Shown: positions 59,316-64,000 of the stretch, piece by piece
How the letters are laid out: each line of letters opens with the position of its first letter
Numbering within the stretch: position 1 is the stretch's first letter
DNA from: Octopus vulgaris
Lineage: Eukaryota
Assembly: GCA_951406725.2 (NCBI GenBank)
Contig: OX597825.1
Span: 69,688,001-69,752,000 of the forward strand
Direction: 5' to 3'
DNA length: 64,000 nucleotides
Notes under the pieces: generated by a model
What the model was told of the DNA's origin: nothing
Database searches by the model: none
The model's input: the letters and a program-made list of their open reading frames with translations, nothing else
Made by a program: the position numbers and the translations under genes

Positions 59316-59697
59316 ATATTATTGATAATCCTGTCTACGCGTGAAGTTAGGTGGGTGGAGACTAGTCGATTAGATATACCAACACAAATATTTTCATTCC
59401 TGCCTACATTCTAAGGAGTGGAGTCATAATCTTTTCAGCATCTCACAGGGGCTGACGTGTTGCATTGAGAAGATCTTTACGTAGCTTCGCAGTGTTCTTT
59501 CGAGTTTCGCTTTTAGTTTTGCACTCCGTGGTTACTATAATTGTGAGCAGTATTCTGAACTGCTGAGACCAAATGATCCTACACACACACGCGCGCATAT
59601 ACAAGGGTAGAAACCCTCGTCAGTCCCGAATTACCGTGCGATTGCACCTAGATAGTTCCCCTCCACAGCAAAAAAACATCACGTCGAATGTACAATG

Positions 59698-60238
59698 CAG
59701 TAATACCTCATGCATCGAGCACCCAGTACATCGCCGTTCACTTATCACGCACTCAGTACATCGTGGTTAACCTAATGCGTATTCTGTACATCACGGATTT
59801 TTCTGGCTAATATATGTAAATTTATATCGCGGACTCCTCAGCATATCGCGGCTTTCTGCGGCCGATAGGTATTTATATTTTTTTTAGATTTTAATTATTT
59901 CTGTGGTAAAATAAGCATTCTCACGCCTAAAAATTAAATAAACTAATAAATAAAATTACACTACAGTAGTGCACTGTGTAACATATTAATTAAATGTATT
60001 AAAAGAAAATACGTAATATACCGTAGATGAGTAAACAAAGAACCGCACATACTTTATGGAAAACGAAACTCGCACGCGAGTTTATGGTATTGTTTTGAAT
60101 TTATAATAAAAAAAATTATATACAAATTATAAAAACTACAAAAAATATATACAGTACAGTGCTGTTTCTATTTCGAGGATTTTCACCTATCGCTGGAAGT
60201 TTTGGAACGTAACACCCGCAGTATTTGAGGGATTACTG
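59698..60238. mobile_element. Tigger/pogo-like MITE
   Basis: TIRs CAGTAATACCTCA / TGAGGGATTACTG, TA on the right flank, subterminal 'catcgc' repeats. Confidence 0.65.
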
Positions 60239-60308
60239 TACATAAAATCATTTTTTAACAGTGAAAGCACAATTTCTTTTAGCAGAGACGAATGCTTCAT
60301 TGTTTTAA

Positions 60309-60424
<116 letters not shown>

Positions 60425-60464
60425 AAACTTACTTGGAAATGGAAGCGTGGCGTTCGATCATATA

Positions 60465-60700
60465 ATAAAATAATAAATTATACATTTGCATATATACATA
60501 CATATATATGTATATATATACATGCATATATGGGTACAGGACAAGTCCGTTTCCATGTTTTTGTTTTTATGTTTTCGTTTCCCATTGTGTTCATGTTTTT
60601 TTGGTGTCCTGTACCCATATATGCATGCATATATACATATAGATGTATGTACATATATGTACGTATATATGCATGTTTTATTTATTATTTTGTTATTATA
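60465..60700. repeat. Palindromic (TA)n-flanked element
   Basis: 'tgcatatatgggtacaggaca' / 'tgtcctgtacccatatatgca'. Confidence 0.75.
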
Positions 60701-61119
60701 TATATATATATCTATATAGTCAAGATTCAGAGGAATTATTTTCAAAGCTCTCATTTTTCCCATTGGTTTCATAGCTCTCCCTTCCTCTCTCTGTTTCTGT
60801 CTGACTGTCCATCTGTTTGTCTATCTTTATTTTTTTCTCTCTTTAAATCTTTTTCTCTCTTTAATCTACAGGCTTCTTCGTAAAACTTTCTACCGTGGTT
60901 GTGTATAGTCATATTTCAGAGGAATTATTTTCAAAGATATTGAATGTTGTTTTGATAGATATAATGCTAGTTTTAGCTACAGATAAATCGAAGCATATAT
61001 GTAAGAGATACATTGTAATTCTAACAAGTAATATTGTAGTAAGGACTTGGAACTACGTACAGTGTAGGCGCAATGTTTCGGGAGTTGGAGGGCTCTGAGG
61101 AATGGAACCATCTCTTAAT

Positions 61120-61760
61120 TCTGTATTGCCCATAAGGGGCTAAATATAGGGGGGGAAACAAGGACAGACAAAGGGATTAGGTCGATTACATCGACCCCAG
61201 TGCATAACTGGTACTTAATTTATTGACCCCGAAAGGATGAAAGGCAAAGTCGACCTCGGCGGAATTTGAACTCAGAACGTAACGGCAGACGAAATACCTT
61301 TTTCTTTACTACCCACAAGGGGCTAAGCACAGAGAGGACAAATAAGTACAGACAAATGGATTAAGTCGATTATATCGACCCAGTGTGTAACTGGTACTTA
61401 TTTACGAAGGCGGCGAGCTGGCAGAAACGTTAGCACGCCGGGCGAAATGCTTAGCGGTATTTCGTCTGCGTTACGTTGTGAGTTCAAATTCCGCCGAGGT
61501 CGACTTTGCCTTTCATCCTTTCGGGGTCGATAAATTAAGTACCAGTTACGCACTGGGGTCGATGTAATCGGCTTAATACCTATGTATGTCCTTGTTTGTC
61601 CCCTCTGTGTTTAGCCCCTTGTGGGTAATAAAGAAATAGGTACTTATTTAATGGACCCCGAAAGGATGAAAGGCAAAGTCGACCCCGCCGGAATTTGAAC
61701 TCAGAATGGAGCGTCGGACGAAATACTACTACGCATTTCGCCAGGCGTGCTAACGTTTCT
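61120..61760 (-). mobile_element. SINE B dimer (-) with a nested full-length + copy (61407-61638)
   Basis: 12-bp TSD ggtacttattta at 61393-61404 and 61639-61650. Confidence 0.88.
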
Positions 61761-62304
61761 TATCCACTTTTGTTTCCAGTCTACTTTAACCCCGACGTAG
61801 TAGCTCCAGCCAAATTCTAGCTATTGGTTAATTGGCATGTCAATAGATTTCATCTCTCAATAAGTGCTATAAGGGAAATCTGAACAAACGACGGATGTCT
61901 TTCTGGTAAGGACTTGAACACGGTGTCCTCCGGAACCACGCTTACTCTGTAATCTTGAGATACAGCATTGTGGATGTGTCACATTACGTCAGTCAATGTT
62001 GAATATTGCCAGATTCTGAGCAGGTGAGCAAACTACAAATTGTCAACGAGCAGAAATAATTAATTCAGTTAGCGAACTACTGCTATAATCTGTTGCCGTA
62101 ATATGTGCAGGTGAGATATTTCAGCTAGCACTGGACATTATTGCTTTGGGCAAGTCTCCTGACCAGATGACGATGAACAAATAATTTCAGTATATTGATA
62201 TCAACTTCCTACCTTGTTATATTGGTTTCAAATTCTTGCACAAGGCCAGTAATTTCGACACTAGTGTTTAACTGGTGCCTATTTTATCGACCCAGAAAGG
62301 ATAA

Positions 62305-62686
62305 GTGGAAGCACTCCGTCGGTTACGACGACGAGGGTTCCGGTTGATCCGATCAACAGAACAGCCTGCTCGTGAAATTACGTGTAAGTGGCTGAGCACT
62401 CCACAGACACGTGTACCCTTAACGCAGTTCTCGGGGATATTCAGCGTGACACAGGGAGTGAAAAGGCCGGCCCTTTGAAATACAGGTACAACAGCAACAG
62501 GAGGTAAGAGTGAGAGAAATTTGTGGTGAAAGAGTACAGCAGGAATCACCACCATCCCCTGCCGGAGCCTCGTTGAGCTTTTAGGTGTTTTCGCTCAATA
62601 AACACTCACAACGCCCGGTCTGGGAATCGAAACCGCGATCCTACGACCGCGAGTCCGCTGCCCTAACCACTGGGCCATTCCGCCTC
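62305..62686 (-). mobile_element. tRNA-derived SINE family C inserted in an old SINE B (~62205-62805)
   Basis: Head 'tggcccagtggttagggcagcggactcgcggtcgtaggatcgcggtttcgattccc'; 14-bp TSD cccagaaaggataa at 62291-62304 and 62687-62700. Confidence 0.9.
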
Positions 62687-63239
62687 CCCAGAAAGGATAA
62701 ATAACAAAGTCGACCTCGGTGGCATTTAAACTCAGAACATATAGATTGATGAAATGCCGCTAAGCCCTTTGCCCATCGAATTAACGATTCTGCCATCTCG
62801 CCGTCTTCTTCCTGTCTAGTGATGTTAATCAAACTTAGTCAACAAGCATATATGGAGGTTATCCTCTGTACAAGAGCATTAATCCTAATATAACACAGAT
62901 GCATTGTACGATAGCTTGGCTACATCACACAAGTCTTTTAATCCACGTTAGATCCCCAAATATCGTAAAATATTAAAATATTTTCTTAGAGAAAATTTGA
63001 GATCTCACCTCCATATATTAAACAACTACAACCTATTATTAAAATTACTGTTGAAATCCAATAGTTATGCATGTAACATATACCGAATGATGGGATTAGG
63101 CGCAGCTGCGTGGATTCTGACGATTTGGCACGACTGAGTAGACATAGAGCCTGTTTTGGCAACACTACATTAAGGCGGTGGAAGCGAAACACACTCATAT
63201 ACACATACGCACAAGAGCAGAAATATTTACATACAGTTC

Positions 63240-63271
<32 letters not shown>

Positions 63272-63758
63272 ATGTGTGTGTGAGAGTGTGTATGTGCGTG
63301 TGTGAGTAAAACTGAGAGAGAGAGAAAGAGAGGGAGGAATTGCAATTTATTGTAACGTGAGTATCATAAACATTTTCTCTCTTCCTCACACACATACAGA
63401 AATATACTCATGTACATAAATACACCGTACACAAGCATACACGCAGAGAGACAGTGAGCGAATGAAGAGAGAGAGAAAGGCGAGAGAACCATCAACATCA
63501 AATACGTTGCATCAAAACTGCTGCGCCAAATCGTCTCAAACCCAAAGATATACGACTTATATCATCATTACCGCTAAGAATTCTAGAGTTGTCTTTGAAA
63601 CTCTGGAATTCTAATTATTATCAAACGCAGTATTGGGGGGTGATTTGTGGGGGTTGGTCTATATGAGATGTAGATATTTTCGTCTGATGCGCGGTATGTG
63701 AATTTATTAAAATTAATGTACAGATTAACGGAAAATGACAGGAGATGGGAAATTCTAG

Positions 63759-63835
<77 letters not shown>

Positions 63836-63864
63836 TGTGTGCGTGTATACATATATATATGTAC

Positions 63865-63899
<35 letters not shown>

Positions 63900-63942
63900 T
63901 GTATGTAATATATATATATATACGTATATATATATGTATATA

Positions 63943-63976
<34 letters not shown>

Positions 63977-64000
63977 AGTGTATGTAATATATATATATAT

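Noticed and set aside
62600-62686. tRNA gene
   Set aside because: tRNA-like head of a SINE with body, tail and TSD; not a complete cloverleaf.

Overview
AT-rich, microsatellite-saturated eukaryotic DNA. The tRNA-derived SINE families resemble the octopus OK/OR1/OR2 types, so this is most likely an octopod cephalopod (inference). No host protein-coding gene can be supported, and nearly all listed ORFs are translations of (TA)n/(CA)n/(TATC)n/(ATT)n/(CATA)n tracts. Recognisable content: one full-length but inactivated mariner (29601-30868); a decayed mariner with a nested non-autonomous Helitron; a second Helitron; CR1-like and RTE-like LINE remnants; restriction-like-endonuclease (RLE) non-LTR fragments sitting in (CATA)n; a 4-unit array of a ~550 bp element in (ATT)n; Tc1-, piggyBac- and Tigger-like MITEs; and dozens of SINE copies from three families. 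The most notable signal is a set of short, often palindromic, (TA)n-associated elements carrying minimal Penelope-type hammerhead ribozyme motifs. Their catalytic cores covary at the tertiary 3-8 pair: C3-G8 at 22883 and 35579, G3-C8 at 3634, U3-A8 at 9330 and 55520, plus an A6U core at 40016. All alignments and folds were done by eye, and boundaries of decayed repeats are approximate.
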